From: Octopus vulgaris
Lineage: Eukaryota
DNA: 64,000 bases
Assembly: GCA_951406725.2 (NCBI GenBank)
Contig: OX597824.1
Coordinates: forward strand, 30,380,001 to 30,444,000
Direction: 5' to 3'
Below, one piece after another: positions 42,601 through 52,748 of the stretch (position 1 is its first letter; each line of letters opens with the position of its first letter). The notes under the pieces are model-generated. The model saw only the letters and a program-made list of their open reading frames with translations. It had not been told where the DNA came from and made no database searches. Both the position numbers and the translations under genes were made by a program.

Positions 42601-45600
42601 CTCAGTGTTGAATAAACAAATTTACAGAAATTATGTATAAATTTACTGTAAATATTTAAGAAGCAGCAAGCTGGTGATTTACAGGACAGCTAACTGTTCG
42701 AGGTTCCTTTATCAATCTCTCCAGCTTGGCACATGCTAGTAAGTTATTTCATTTTCATTTGCTAACCTAGCTGAGTTTCAGAGTATCTTTGCTTTCTCTT
42801 AGAACCTCAAGGGTATATTATATGGTGGATTTCCTTTGAGTAAGGTTGAAATTATGGTTATGTTATTTGTACTATCAAGTCAAGCTCAACAGAATATGAA
42901 GATTTTCTTGTGATATAATTGAGATCTCAAATTAGCCACTGTTCTCCACATGTTATTTAAAAATAAGTATCAAGCTGATCAGTTTGCAGTTAAAAGTGAA
43001 GGGTGCTCATTGCTAATATGACACAGTAACTTTCTGAAAGCTAATTGCATTCTTACTTTAGTGTTCTTTATGTCTGCACATGTAATCACATCTACACACA
43101 ATATTATACACTCAAACATTACATATATACATATACATTACACTATACACACACACACACACACACATACATGCACTTGTGTGCATGCATGTATATCCAT
43201 CTTTCCCTGCTTGGCACACACCATCAGGAACCACAAATCAACCCTCACCACATCTACCTACATCTTCAGTTTTCTTTTCCTTCTATTATTTTATTATTAT
43301 TATGTAAATACCATCTGATACTTTTTTACCCAACTGTCATGCATCACATGTCAATACCATTGCAGCCTTCTCTCTTATAGACTACAGCAAATTTGAGCAT
43401 CAAAGGTATTTGCTCCTGATGCTCAAATTTTCTCTCAGAACACTTGTGTTCTGGAGTACATGCTTATCAACATTACATATCCAACAGAACATGCTTGCCT
43501 GCTTTTTCAGTCAGTCTTTGCATATTCTCACTACCATACATCATACTTAACACCCTATTGATTATTAAATGAGATACAAAGTTTTACACACACACACAGC
43601 TATACACTGTTACAGGCATGTTAGAATGTATGCCTGTTGAGCCTCAATGTAAAGCTGCAGTCAGTGAATCAAGCATGAACCCATGTGCACATTGTTGTTT
43701 AATAAGTGAAGCCACTTGTATATAGCCATACTACATACTATTTAATTAGAAAGGAAGATGTTTTATTCATTAGTTTATTTACTTCTGATAATCTAATATA
43801 GAGAAACTCAAATCATAAAAAGATAGAAGTACAACAAATAGATATATTACAATAGCGCCCACTACGCAAGGATAAACAACATATAGAATTTGCTTCTATT
43901 TTGAATATTAATGAACTGTTTGAAGAAAACAAAAAGTTAGCAAAAGAAAAATTAATAAGAAATTATATATTCAAATTTGAATAATAATTTTCTTTTTAAA
44001 TTGTAAGTTAGCAAATAAATTAACATAACTGAAATAAGAATAAAATTTAGTAAGAGGGGTAAAGATAGAAATGAACAAAATATTTACTAATGAAAAAGAA
44101 AGGTTGATAAGAGCAGAACATTCACTTTAGATGTAGAGTTGTATAAAAGCCATGCAAGAGAAATCAATTAAACTCTTGCTACATTCAGTGAGACATGTCA
44201 ATGTTGCAAATACTAGCAGAAAATACAATATTTACAGGCAAATTAATACACACACACAAAAATAACCCAACTTATCAATATTAATATGATGTAGATGAGG
44301 ATGAGTATGAAATAATAATGAGAGAAAAAAAATAAACAGATTTAGGAAAATACACTAGAGATATTTATCAATCTAGTGTAGCCTGATAGATCTTAGTACA
44401 CTACCTTATCAGCCTCGTGTAACTTTCCCTATAAAGTAAGCAAAAACAAAACATTGTGAAACATTATATGTCCAAGATTTCATCAATCATTGATATATAA
44501 CAATTCAACTAAATATTAGCACTGTTAGCTAACTAGTGTTGAATTAGTATACTGTTAGCAGTCATGACATTAATATTTATTTATGCCTGTAAATAAATTA
44601 TCATGGTGTTTTTTAATAATCATAATGTTTCAACAACAACTATCACAGGACACCCATTTTTTTAAATCAATATTAAAATGTCTGAATAATATATAAAAAA
44701 AAAATGCTCATTTTGGTATAAATTCAAATATTTATTTACCTGCCACTAGTAAGGTATTTCTATACTGTAAAGCTAATATACAGATGGTATTATTTAGCAA
44801 TGGAAGCTTCAGATTTATAAGAAGATGGAAATAGAAAGATTTAACTTCATGATTTTTCTAAAATCCAGTCAAAAATTCAGCTCGCCTCGAGTCTACACAA
44901 GTTCTCACTTTTGTTGTTATTATTAGACTGAGAAATAAGAGTTCAATCAAGAATTCAACAAGGGACATATTTTATAGTGGTAATGTTTATATTTTAACAG
45001 TATTTAAACAATCTTGGTTTATGCTTGGCAGTATGATTGTATTGTTTTCCATTAGTTTCTTTCTGAGAGATTATCCAAATGCCTTTCAGATCAGAAAGGC
45101 AGGAGCTTAAAAAATTGTAGCTTAGTGTTTGGCAAAATATTTAGCAAGGAAGGAACATTTTCGAAATGAAAACAGTTCATATTTGGTTTGTTCATTTTAT
45201 TATTATTTTATTATCATCACCATTATTATTTAGTCGTGAAGAAAGACAAAGCCTATGACCCTTTATAGAGTCTTTTAAACTGGCAGGATGGAGGGAAGAA
45301 TGTATCCTCAAACCAGAGACTCGGTTCAAATACTTGCAGCAGTGTGGAAGCTGCAAAAGGCACCCTAGGACCAAGTGATGATGTTGAACCAGGATACAAA
45401 TTAAGTTTATCAGCCAATGATACAGTTTAGGGAAAGAAGTACATGATAGAGCTGAGGTGATATAGGGAAGGCCAACAAGTTTGGAAAGAGTCAATTTTAA
45501 GTAACAGTAATAGAATTAAATAATAAAGCATAACAGTGTGCTAATGTCTAAAGGGAGAGAAAAAAAGGGGGTATTGTTATTTTAATTTAGGTAATAGCTT

Positions 45601-48600
45601 GTATTTATTATTTTTTTTTAATGAATGTAGGTGATCAAAAAGATATGCAAACCAAAATATTAGAGCCAGATTTCATTGTGTACTGTACTTGGACCATAAT
45701 ACAATGTTAAGTATATAACGTTAAAATATCCCTTGATTTTGTAGACAGCATAATCTCTTAGATACAAATTTAGTATTGTTAAGAGGGTTCCAGAGCAAAA
45801 CTCTGTCATAAGTAAAAGGTGAGAGCAGTCTGTGAGAAGTAATCATAGAGGCAAATGTTCTTTTGATAAGCAACATTTAAATAGTTTCAAAACCAATATA
45901 ACTGTAGTAATGGCTTCTGTAATTACATATTAAGAATGCTAATTACAATATATATGTGTGTGCATGTGGTAATTTTAGGAAACAGACTGGTCATTTCTCA
46001 TCATTAAAATTTGACATTTAACATTTTGCAATGTTCTAAAAAAATTAAACTCTGCCCAGTGATCTATGTAAATTTCTGAACTAGATATATAAAATATCAT
46101 ACAAAGCTATTAGTACAATGTAAAAATGAATGACTTTTAGATAATGAAGGCAAATTTTAATGAGACATGAATTAAAAAGTACAAACAAATTTAAAGAAAA
46201 TAAATGCATAGATATGGAATATGTGTAACTTACAAATGTTTTCAGTTACCATTTAAGCAAACTTCAGAATTATTTTTAATCATAACCAACAATTAAATTA
46301 CACAATTGGAATTTCCAGTAACATACTTCTTAAAACAGACTCCAGGGAAAAGAAGTGTGGCTAATAAGCACAAAATAACAAGTAAAATATCTTTGCAGAG
46401 CATTGAAAATAAGCTGAGAAAATGGGAAGTATTTTTTATAGATAAATTTCAGGATGAAAGCAAATGTAATTGGACATATTTTTATAGCTAATATCAAAAA
46501 TATTTGTAGTGATGTTGACCGGTTTTTTTAATTATTTCTAATTTTAGAACATTTTAGTATTTTAACATATTTAAGGATATAAAACTACTTCTATTCCAGG
46601 TGCTAGCTTAATGTAATATCAGTAGCAATATTTAGTAACTGATACACACACACTCATGTAACAACCTTTCTATGTAACTAGTAGCTAACCTGAGAGATGT
46701 TTAATATAAACAACAAGATGAAAACATGTGAATATTCATTTAATGGATGCATCTGGCATTCTTGTTGGTTACTGCTCTGATAAATTTTTGTTACCCAACA
46801 GCACATCCATAGAATATGATATCTCAGTTATCACAATAACTGGCCTATTGATAGAGTGTATACATTTAGTATGACATATGGATGGCTATTTTGAACAGCT
46901 TGTGTTTAAACAATAAATAAATATATATTATATTATATTTTAAAAGGATTAATGTCATAGAAGATATGGGTTCATATCTAAAATACACATAAGATTTGAA
47001 TATTCAACCATGTGGTTAACAAGTGAAGAAATAGCTTACTTGAAAAATAGGTAAGGATTGCTGATGGAAAAGCATCCAGCTATGAAATCCTGCCTTAAAT
47101 AAGTTCCAATCTAACCACTGGATGTAAAATGGATGTAAAATGAACGAATGAATGAATGATTTGTTAAATTAACTTCACAGATTTAATATCCTGGTCACAA
47201 CTGTAGTGACAGAAAGTATTCAAGATTTTTTAATTTTACTTTGTTAGAAGAAATAAACTTCCAAAACAACAGTAACCCAGGAGATTTGAGATACTGTTAC
47301 TTCAAATTTTCTTTTGTCTATGAATTGCTTTTCAAGCGTATTTATCCAACAAATAAAAGATACAGAAAATGAGAAAGAGAGACACAGTATAATGTGTAAG
47401 TGATTTCCCTACTGCTGCTAAAACATACAAAAAAATATAAGAAAAGTTTCAAAATGGCAGAAGTGATTATAAGCAAAGTAGAGCATTGACAGTAATTTCA
47501 TTACTGTATGGTAATTTTCAAAAGTGCAGTTTACCTTGTGTTTTCCATTAATCTAGATACTATTAGTTTGTAAGTTTACTCTATCTCTGTACTTAGTCAA
47601 ACTATGTATTAAACCTTCCTAATTTTTAACAAATTGGGTACAATAAAGGACACTAATCCTAATCAAACATTGTAACAAAAATCTAATTTTGTGGGGTAAA
47701 TAACACCTCAGCAATAAGAGTGGAATATATTTTTCTACAGTAAGATATGATCTATACTGGTAAAATAATGATCTTAACTTAGCACAAAGCCAACCTTTAT
47801 GGGGAAAGGGTAAAACAGATTAATAAATGAAGTCTTGGAATATTTGTGGTACCTATTTTATTGATATTTGAAGGATAGAAGTCAACACCTTTGACATTTG
47901 AACTCAGGGTATAGAAACACAAAACTGCTGCAAAGTGCTCTACCACTGCTGCCATATCACCACCTGACAATTTCATACAGTAATAATGAGGTTTGAAAAA
48001 ATATTAGTTAAAATACCTGAGCAGTAGATGTGTTAGTATCACGGCTTTTAAGCTGAATGATGTCATCTTGAGTAGCCATTATGAATTCTCTGAAAGTAAA
48101 TATATCAAAGAGAACAGCTGAATACAACCATAGATTTAATAAAAGCCAAACATCTCTTAATTCTTTAGAATTTAAACTGACCATATATGGCCCAAATATT
48201 CTACCTGTTTTATGTTCAAAACAAGCTAATGCAAGCTTCTTACACCTACCCTACAATGTCATTCTAAATACAAACAATTACATCAGTGAAATCTTGAATT
48301 TATGAGATAATGCATGACAAATTCAAAGCAATGAGAATACATAAGCATAACATTTGACAGAGTAATCTAAATGCTACAGGGTTAAGGACATCACCTTTTA
48401 CTATGTTTGCTTTACTATTAGAAAAGCTATTTCCTAAAAACATTTTCCATATTCTGAATGAAATAATGTGCAATGAGACAAATACATGGCTTAAATTTGT
48501 TATAGTTGCTGTTATTGAATGCACCTACAGCATATGATGTTAAATTCAATGATTAAAAGGCCATCTGAACATCTACACGAACATCATACTTCAGTGAGGC

Positions 48601-49642
48601 CAAAAGTCTTTCTATGATCTCTGTTAGTCAATTTTGATTACCCAGTGCTGTCCTGTCTGTTTAAATATGACTCAAAGCTCTGCAATGGTCACAAAAAAAG
48701 ATGATCTGAAAGTTTAGAATTGAGGGTAGATTTGAAAGATCAATGTGCTACTTCATTAATTAGTTAAATAGTTATTATGAGTACAGCTATGGGCATGGAA
48801 GGAACAGATACATCAACCACTATTGTCATAATAATATTGACAAAAAGAGAGAACCAGTCCATAACGTATGCACAAGAATCCATGGTCAAGCTCCAAATTT
48901 CAAAACATATTGAAGACAAAAAAAAAAGACATGAAATAAATAACTATAACATAAGCCAAAGAGTTATCATTATTTCAACATCTGTCAAAAAATAGGTAAA
49001 AGTTTACTAGCAATTAACATTTTATCTCTAAACTTTTCTTTAAAGAGGGAGCCTGCTTGGAATGTCTCCCAGAAGACTCTCATAGCATTTTTATTAAGAA
49101 TAATATAAACAACAAAATGTGTACTTACTTGATTCCTTTTTTGACACTTTCAAACATCAAGACTGCACGGCTGGGTTGAGGTAATTTAGGAATTTTAGGT
49201 GGCTTATAACTTCCAAGCCCCAGCCTTTTAGACCTCTGTGGGGTTTGCGTATAAACCCGCGGGCTCCTACGCAAAGTTTCCCCGAGTACAGGAGTACCTG
49301 GAGCAGATCTTGGACGCGCATTTGCCATGCCAGCAAATGACTTACTTCTAAAGACTGTCACAGGCATTTGGTTCCTAATTTCTTTCAGAGACATCTTTTG
49401 ATCTTGATCGGCACTGTCAGTGATGTTCTCCTCCCCCTCCTCCTCCTCCTCCACTTCTTCTTCCTTGTCTGCCTTAGTGCCACTGTGTTCGTGCTGCTCA
49501 ATAAGGCCGGTACTATCAGTGTTGTTGTTGGCATGTACGATGTTGTCTTTGTTTTTTTCCTCCACCTCTTTATCAGAACAGTCCACATCTAAGTTACTAA
49601 CATCAAGATGGTGTTCCTTACAACCAGTCATAAAACTCAGCT
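431..49642 (-). CDS. RIPOR: RIPOR/FAM65-family gene (Rho family-interacting cell polarization regulator), multi-exon, partial (3' end off-window left; start codon not established)
   Basis: 17 exons join in frame with consistent phases. The protein follows the vertebrate RIPOR motif order: [115 protein letters not shown]. Family recognised from memory of RIPOR1/2/3; the paralog cannot be assigned. Confidence 0.93.
2340..2740 (+). mobile_element. tRNA-derived SINE (family A)
   Basis: A-box tggctcagtggtaag, B-box ggttcagtgcc, body ..gccttgtgagtggatttggtagac.., internal microsatellite, tail ..aagtacc.. Confidence 0.75.
3010..3390 (+). mobile_element. tRNA-derived SINE (family A)
   Basis: gggttcagtcccact..cttgggcaagtgtcttctactatagccc..gagtggatttgg..(TG)n..aagtacc..aagtaaaagataaaa. 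Confidence 0.8.
3682..3825 (-). CDS. RIPOR: RIPOR exon, 144 nt (V-FCHLVSRILDISDAELKMTQNLYITLFQFSLFFRNEGFTLVDKIIEE)
   Basis: Acceptor attttcag, donor AAA|GTAAGT; matches VFRTLVSQILD..VVTVFQYYSYF. Confidence 0.9.
4841..4999 (-). CDS. RIPOR: RIPOR exon, 159 nt (V-LGEHLNDKQLKEFWVQCVDRNVLVVPAEKLITMMEQKLVNRFQEPCDVKPTR)
   Basis: Acceptor tcttctgccag, donor GAG|GTAACC; matches FWTKC..PADRVMKQLE. Confidence 0.88.
6976..7105 (-). CDS. RIPOR: RIPOR exon, 130 nt (NLGSFGPLKCKEIYALDKLQKQSQILENLIHLAKAGSEIDLHS)
   Basis: Acceptor ttttttgcag, donor CTG|GTAAAT, phase 0 to 1. Confidence 0.9.
8724..9010 (+). mobile_element. tRNA-derived SINE (family C) with (CAA)n tail
   Basis: Head ggaggcatatggtttagtggttagagc..ggtttgaatc, body cctgtgacggactggcgtcccatccagg, tail gaaactgggaaactgg..caacaacaa. 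Related minus-strand pieces at about 1900-2000 and 59640-59830. Confidence 0.75.
9120..9540 (-). mobile_element. RTE-clade LINE 3' remnant
   Basis: ASVL*WLCN..ELREKLGIR..GHVMYLEDDCCIKKC..GPSKTWDEVLK; same type as the 19 kb copy. Confidence 0.7.
11617..11833 (-). CDS. RIPOR: RIPOR exon, 217 nt ([48 protein letters not shown])
   Basis: Acceptor ctttttag, donor GAG|GTCAGT; matches [23 protein letters not shown]. Confidence 0.92.
12337..12455 (-). CDS. RIPOR: RIPOR exon, 119 nt ([39 protein letters not shown])
   Basis: Acceptor ctctttgcag, donor AG|GTTAGT; matches SLSLTVESALESFDFLNT. Confidence 0.92.
12780..13700 (-). mobile_element. CR1/L2/Jockey-type LINE 3' fragments (two tandem pieces)
   Basis: EDLSWRKDIL..RPTLECCFIIWS and SARKYFNIDWLLTFYKAQIKFTLKHC (cf. 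RARKYFxxxQLLTLYKAQxRPxLEYC), followed by the degenerate LINE tail region. Confidence 0.65.
15450..15700 (-). mobile_element. LINE fragment of the same family as 13156-13370
   Basis: IRARKYF remnant and visible nucleotide similarity to 13170-13350. Confidence 0.55.
15940..16359 (-). CDS. RIPOR: RIPOR exon, 420 nt ([56 protein letters not shown])
   Basis: Acceptor ctttgtacag, donor AAG|GTAGGC; Ser-rich linker followed by a match to LEDAFNGLLLALEPHKEQYKEFQDL. Confidence 0.9.
17829..17946 (-). CDS. RIPOR: RIPOR exon, 118 nt (N-PLEGVDESLIIYEVPQRTQDTPRRRPVSALAVNGQYSQL)
   Basis: Acceptor cttttcag, donor TTG|GTAGGT, phase 2 to 0; within ORF 17802..17987. Confidence 0.87.
18190..18505 (-). mobile_element. 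tRNA-derived SINE (family A head and body)
   Basis: Reverse complement of the family A head (ggagtggctgtgtggtaagtagcttgctt..ggttcagtcccactg) and body. Confidence 0.8.
18530..19630 (-). mobile_element. RTE-clade LINE, 5'-truncated (ORF C-terminus, 3' region, (GAT)n tail)
   Basis: ACVRTAMLHDSETW..RLERNEASILRWMCN..LREKLGIRGIRCGVEERRLHWYGIV; 3' end shows as (atc)n on + at about 18530. Confidence 0.85.
18825..18990. repeat. 42-bp tandem repeat (about 3.5 units) within the RTE 3' region
   Basis: Units start at 18825, 18867, 18909 and 18951 (consensus aggcccaatgctcgaaaggaactcagccactttgcctccatg). Confidence 0.85.
19927..20072 (-). CDS. RIPOR: RIPOR exon, 146 nt ([48 protein letters not shown])
   Basis: Acceptor atatacag, donor AA|GTAAGA; matches [32 protein letters not shown]. 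Confidence 0.93.
20862..21031 (-). CDS. RIPOR: RIPOR exon, 170 nt ([40 protein letters not shown]..IISLK)
   Basis: Hallmark GxAGFARLCxGD motif; acceptor atttag; non-canonical donor AAG|GCAAGT needed to keep the frame. Confidence 0.93.
23340..23510 (+). repeat. Dispersed RTE-tail-like repeat (ggcattaggaagggcatccagc..catgccagcatggaa..(tga)n)
   Basis: Similar copies at about 7990-8150(-), 31690-31910, 35050-35285, 47050-47160, 50490-50680, 57100-57220 and 58460-58560(-); shares its end with the RTE at 18530. Confidence 0.6.
25137..25528 (+). mobile_element. Non-autonomous Helitron (about 390 bp)
   Basis: Begins with TC after an A, ends with CTAG before a T, GC-rich hairpin cccgagcaatgctggg (25501-25516) just upstream of CTAG, no TSD, CpGs retained. 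Confidence 0.8.
29851..29914 (-). CDS. RIPOR: RIPOR exon, 64 nt (TMCAIEAQLESMMGTFHCKLK-G)
   Basis: Acceptor tctctttccag, donor AAG|GTATGT; matches NMCTIEVELENLLGEFSIKMKG. Confidence 0.92.
30136..30502 (-). mobile_element. Helentron-associated / DINE-1-like non-autonomous element
   Basis: On minus: 5' ttacctctgcc with nearby inverted copy ggcggaagta, a (gttt)n tract, 3' sub-terminal ggcggaggt and terminal stem-loop gtgctc-tct-gagtgc. This is the DINE-1/HINE layout. Confidence 0.7.
32000..32330 (+). mobile_element. CR1/Jockey-type LINE 3'-end remnant
   Basis: Degenerate ..YNYNNLCSS*L..VSLPRC..TAESFLLRTAAL (cf. YYxGxCSSEL..SFFPRTxxLWN). Confidence 0.5.
33370..33995 (-). mobile_element. Tigger/pogo-like transposase remnant (C-terminal part)
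   Basis: LQPMN*SVIANIKA*YLR (cf. LQPMDQGVIxxFKxxY), KFSIIDAVDNIAEL*GEV..NGT*K, TLANNVGFKEVIEFDVVELLLS..LPNEELM; stops and frameshifts. Confidence 0.75.
34281..34375 (-). CDS. RIPOR: RIPOR exon, 95 nt (G-ARNMARAYANTPGYKKGSLTSVKYGFKECSQ)
   Basis: Acceptor tttaacag, donor CAG|GTAAAG, phase 1 to 0; matches GASKMKQAF..SLTEINRSFKEYTE. Confidence 0.9.
35491..35539 (-). CDS. RIPOR: RIPOR exon, 49 nt (IDELQDCYIVNQQLRE-G)
   Basis: Acceptor ttttctag, donor AAG|GTAATT; matches VDELYEAYCIQRRLQDG. Confidence 0.9.
35727..36013. repeat. Long inverted repeat / MITE-like hairpin (127-bp arms, 33-bp loop)
   Basis: 35727-35853 is the reverse complement of 35887-36013 with few mismatches; the ORF track shows the same peptide (FVPYDLTHSLVKFPLISYVYFPKIF) on both strands. 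Confidence 0.92.
36415..36835 (+). mobile_element. tRNA-derived SINE (family A)
   Basis: Same head, body and tail as the 3010 copy. Further fragments at about 5385-5520, 20210-20340 and 61170-61275(-). Confidence 0.78.
37316..37448 (+). mobile_element. Short Penelope-like terminal module within a (TA)n/(CA)n microsatellite, with hammerhead-like motif
   Basis: tcttt-CTGTGGA-agagc-atag-gctt-GAAA-cgt-t-aaaga followed by a T-rich tail; microsatellite on both sides. Confidence 0.5.
37512..37565 (-). CDS. RIPOR: RIPOR exon, 54 nt ([18 protein letters not shown])
   Basis: Acceptor tttccag, donor AAG|GTAAAC; close match to QIKTIERYMRRLEFHISK. Confidence 0.93.
40837..41023 (-). mobile_element. SINE (family B, core ggttgactt..ttcatcctttc..gataaaataagtacc) with 18-bp TSD
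   Basis: TSD aaacacca(a/g)attaataat at 40819-40836 and 41024-41041. Other copies or fragments at about 2000-2190(-), 6400-6545(+), 10100-10260(+), 25760-25880(-), 47770-47970(-). Confidence 0.8.
43230..43560 (-). mobile_element. RTE-clade LINE remnant
   Basis: Nucleotide similarity to 19120-19290 (atgcatcaca..ataccattgcagccttctctctt..ttttctctcagaacact..cattacatatcca). Confidence 0.55.
44405..44428 (-). CDS. RIPOR: RIPOR micro-exon, 24 nt (GKLHEADK)
   Basis: Acceptor tttgtttttgcttactttatag, donor AAG|GTAGTG, phase 0-0; fills the GVLYDLDK segment that precedes QIK in vertebrate RIPOR. Confidence 0.8.
48017..48089 (-). CDS. RIPOR: RIPOR exon, 73 nt (K-EFIMATQDDIIQLKSRDTNTSTAQ)
   Basis: Acceptor tttactttcag, donor CAG|GTATTT, phase 2 to 0; corresponds to the EYLEVHQTELDKL region of vertebrate RIPOR. 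Confidence 0.85.
48157..48385. mobile_element. piggyBac-like MITE (TTAA-flanked)
   Basis: ttaa-ttctttagaattta ... taaatgctacaggg-ttaa degenerate TIRs. Confidence 0.5.
49129..49642 (-). CDS. RIPOR: RIPOR exon, 514 nt ([50 protein letters not shown])
   Basis: Lies within ORF 49125..49778; acceptor tttgtag, donor AA|GTAAGT; contains the RIPOR N-terminal RSxSFAG and PQP motifs. Confidence 0.88.
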
Positions 49643-50831
49643 CTACAAATATAATGAAACAAAGTAACAAATCAAAATAAAGGAAAGAAGCTAGTATTGA
49701 AAGACAACCTGTCACAAGCATGTAATTGGGCAAAATATTAAAAGTGATTAATGAACGATGTTTAGTTTCAGAAATCAAATTGAAAACCTTTATTAATAAA
49801 TCAGTTATTGAACTAAATAAGTATCAGATGAATTATTAATTTACAAGATATTTCATTAGAGATTGTATTATGATACAGACATGATAGACATTTAAAGCAC
49901 ACACATATACCATTATATTCACTTTTGTTTCATTTTGTACACACACAATTATATATTACTAAGTATCAGAATCTGTCTTTCATCGTATATCTACAGCCGG
50001 TTTACTTTGATAACAATATATAATAATACAAAATAAAGCAAAAATGAACATAATAGTGCATGTTTTAAATTTTTTTTATTTCACTTTCTTTAAAATTGAT
50101 TGATACTAATTAGGTTCAATTTCCATCCTGTGATGAGCAAGCTTCTTAATAGCTAAATATTTTTATTTTTTATTCTATTTGACTTGATAGAAAGTCAATT
50201 TGTTCACTAAGAATATATTACTTTAGGAACACTAGTTCTATTTTATGAACAACAAAAGAATAAAAGGTGAAGTGAGTTCAGTAGGATTTGAACATGAAAT
50301 TTAAAAAGAACAAGATATAAATATTATACTGTAGTTAGTCTGGCAACTGTCCTCATAAATCTAAATTATTGTAAATACCATAATAAATCAAAGATTAAAT
50401 TCATTAAATAAACTGCCCCACTCTCATACTTTAACCCCCTAATCACTTGCATAAAGTCAACTCCTTGATTCTACTTCCTGATCAATTGAAGTGCCTTGAC
50501 TTGTGAGTTACTTGATGACATCACTAGTGCTGGTGCCATATAAAAAAGTATCCAGTACACTCTGTAAGGTTGTTGGAATTAAGGACATCAAGAAACCATG
50601 CCAAAACCGACATTGGAGCTTGGTGCTACCTCATGCCAATATGGAAAACAGACATTAAACAATGATGACGTTGATGACGGTGAAACTAAATATCATATCC
50701 AGACTGCAGGTGATAAAAATATATAATTTGTGTATGTATAAAGATGGCATCTCTTTACAGGCTTATATGTTCATTTAATGAACATGTGTTATAATCGTTC
50801 AATTAAGAGATATATTAACTATATTATAATA

Positions 50832-52036
50832 TACAAGGGTGGGGTGAAAAGTTCAAAGGCTGACTATGGAGAAGTGATGCTAGAGCTGTGAAATCTTGTA
50901 GGCATTAATATCAGTACTTCTTATTAATAACTGCATTGTTTCATTCCAGGTAAACCCTATATCTGACTATTCAAAGACTTCAAATGTAACTAACAGCAAT
51001 TTCTCTTGAAAATAGACAAAATTTGGAATCATGGTATTATCAAGTATCTCCAGAAAAAAGGTTTAGCCCCCAAGGACATTGATGTTGACATGGTTGCTAC
51101 ATTAGGAGATGATGCTCCAGCTTTATCAACAGTGCAAAAGTGTGGGTAGCTGAATTTGGGAGAAGAAAGAGTCTTGAAGATGATCCAAAGTCTGGGTATC
51201 CTGCAACTTCCACCATCAAGAAAAACATTGATAGTGTTCACCATATGGTGATGAATGATAGGTAGTTGACTATAAATAAAATAGCCAGTGCTATTAGCAT
51301 ATTCCATGAGAGAGTTGAGAATAGTTTGCACAATCAACTTGGCATGATGAAGATATCACCTCAGTGGGTGCCATGTCTTCTGACACCTGATGAAAAGTAC
51401 ACCAGGTTGGTCACATCCTGGGAAAATCTAACACTGTTTGAGGCATATCCAACTGGTTTCCTTGAATGTTTCCTTACCCAGTGTTGGGTTCATCACCGAG
51501 CTAGAGACAATCTAGGCAATGGAAACACCCCCTCCTCAACTGCTCCAAAAAGGCCAAGGTCATTTCATTTGCATGGAAGGTGATGGCCTTTGCTTTTGGG
51601 AATGCAAAAGATACTGTGTTTATCAACTATCTTGAAAAGAGTCAAACTATCAATGGAAAGAACTATCCCAATTTGCTGAGGTAGTTACAAAAGACCACCA
51701 AGACCGAACAACCAGGAAAACTGATGAAAGAGTCTTCCTCCAGCACACAAGTTCTTGGATTCAATGACTGCTGTGCATCATTCTCCTGATTTGTCCCCAT
51801 CTGACTATCATCTGTTTACCAGCATGAAAAACATTTGGCTGGGAACCAGTATCGCAATGATGAGGGCATCATATCTGCTGTTGATGACTTTTTTGACCAA
51901 CAAGATGAAAGCTTCTTCACCAATGGGATCCAAGTACTGCAACACAGATAGAAGTGTGTGGACTGCAAAGGAGACTGTGTCGAAATATAACATTTGGTCA
52001 GATTCCAGCCTATAAACTTTTCAGCCAACCCCCATA
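50832..52036 (+). mobile_element. Decayed mariner-family DNA transposon (about 1.2 kb)
   Basis: TA-flanked imperfect TIRs (caagggtggggtgaaaagttcaaaggctg / cagcctataaacttttcagccaaccccca); transposase remnants SLEDDPKSG, LGMMKISPQWVPCLL (WVPxxL) and HSPDLSPSDYHLF (YSPDLAPSD). Confidence 0.9.
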
Positions 52037-52748
52037 TATCTGAGTATTTCAAAGGCACATATCTTTAACATAATCTTCAAGCAGAATCATGGAATCAAGG
52101 TGATACATTGTGCTTTGGCAAGGGCAAAGCACAGACACATGCACTCACACACACGTGTGCGTACATGTGTGTAGGATACAAGAGTCTACAGCTGTCTGTC
52201 TGTTTCCTGAGCAAGAAAAACAAAAGCTTTTCTTAATGAGATCAAGAATTCCAGAGAATTCTTGATTCTTGAGATTAATTCTTCTTTTCATTTACAGTTA
52301 GTCTCAAATGTTAACAGGCATCTGTTTTACCTTCTCTTGAACACGTAGTTCTTAAAAACTGATGAATCATCATTATTCAGCTTATTTAGTTCATTAACCA
52401 ATTGATTGATTGATAAAGATTTTCAATTTGATTTATGAAACTAAACATCTTTGATTAATCATTATTAATACTATATAAAATTACATGTGTGTGACATGAT
52501 CTTTCAAAAGATGTACTTATTCATAGTAATATAATACCAAGGACTGAGCATTCCACAGAAACATGCCCCTTTAATATAATCCCCAACCACAATATAATAC
52601 AATGTGTAACAAGTTGTTCTTTTGAATAACAAGAAACTGTTCATTTGATGGGTTTCTGCACAATTTCTATCAACTCACTTTCACTCACAAAGAATGATTC
52701 AACTAAAACTTTGGTTTAAAAAAAAAACAGCAACAAAAAAAAAAACAG

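Noticed and set aside
42660-42740. AGEIDK-like segment as the missing GVLYDLDK exon
   Set aside because: No suitable donor; the 44405-44428 micro-exon has proper splice sites and the right length.
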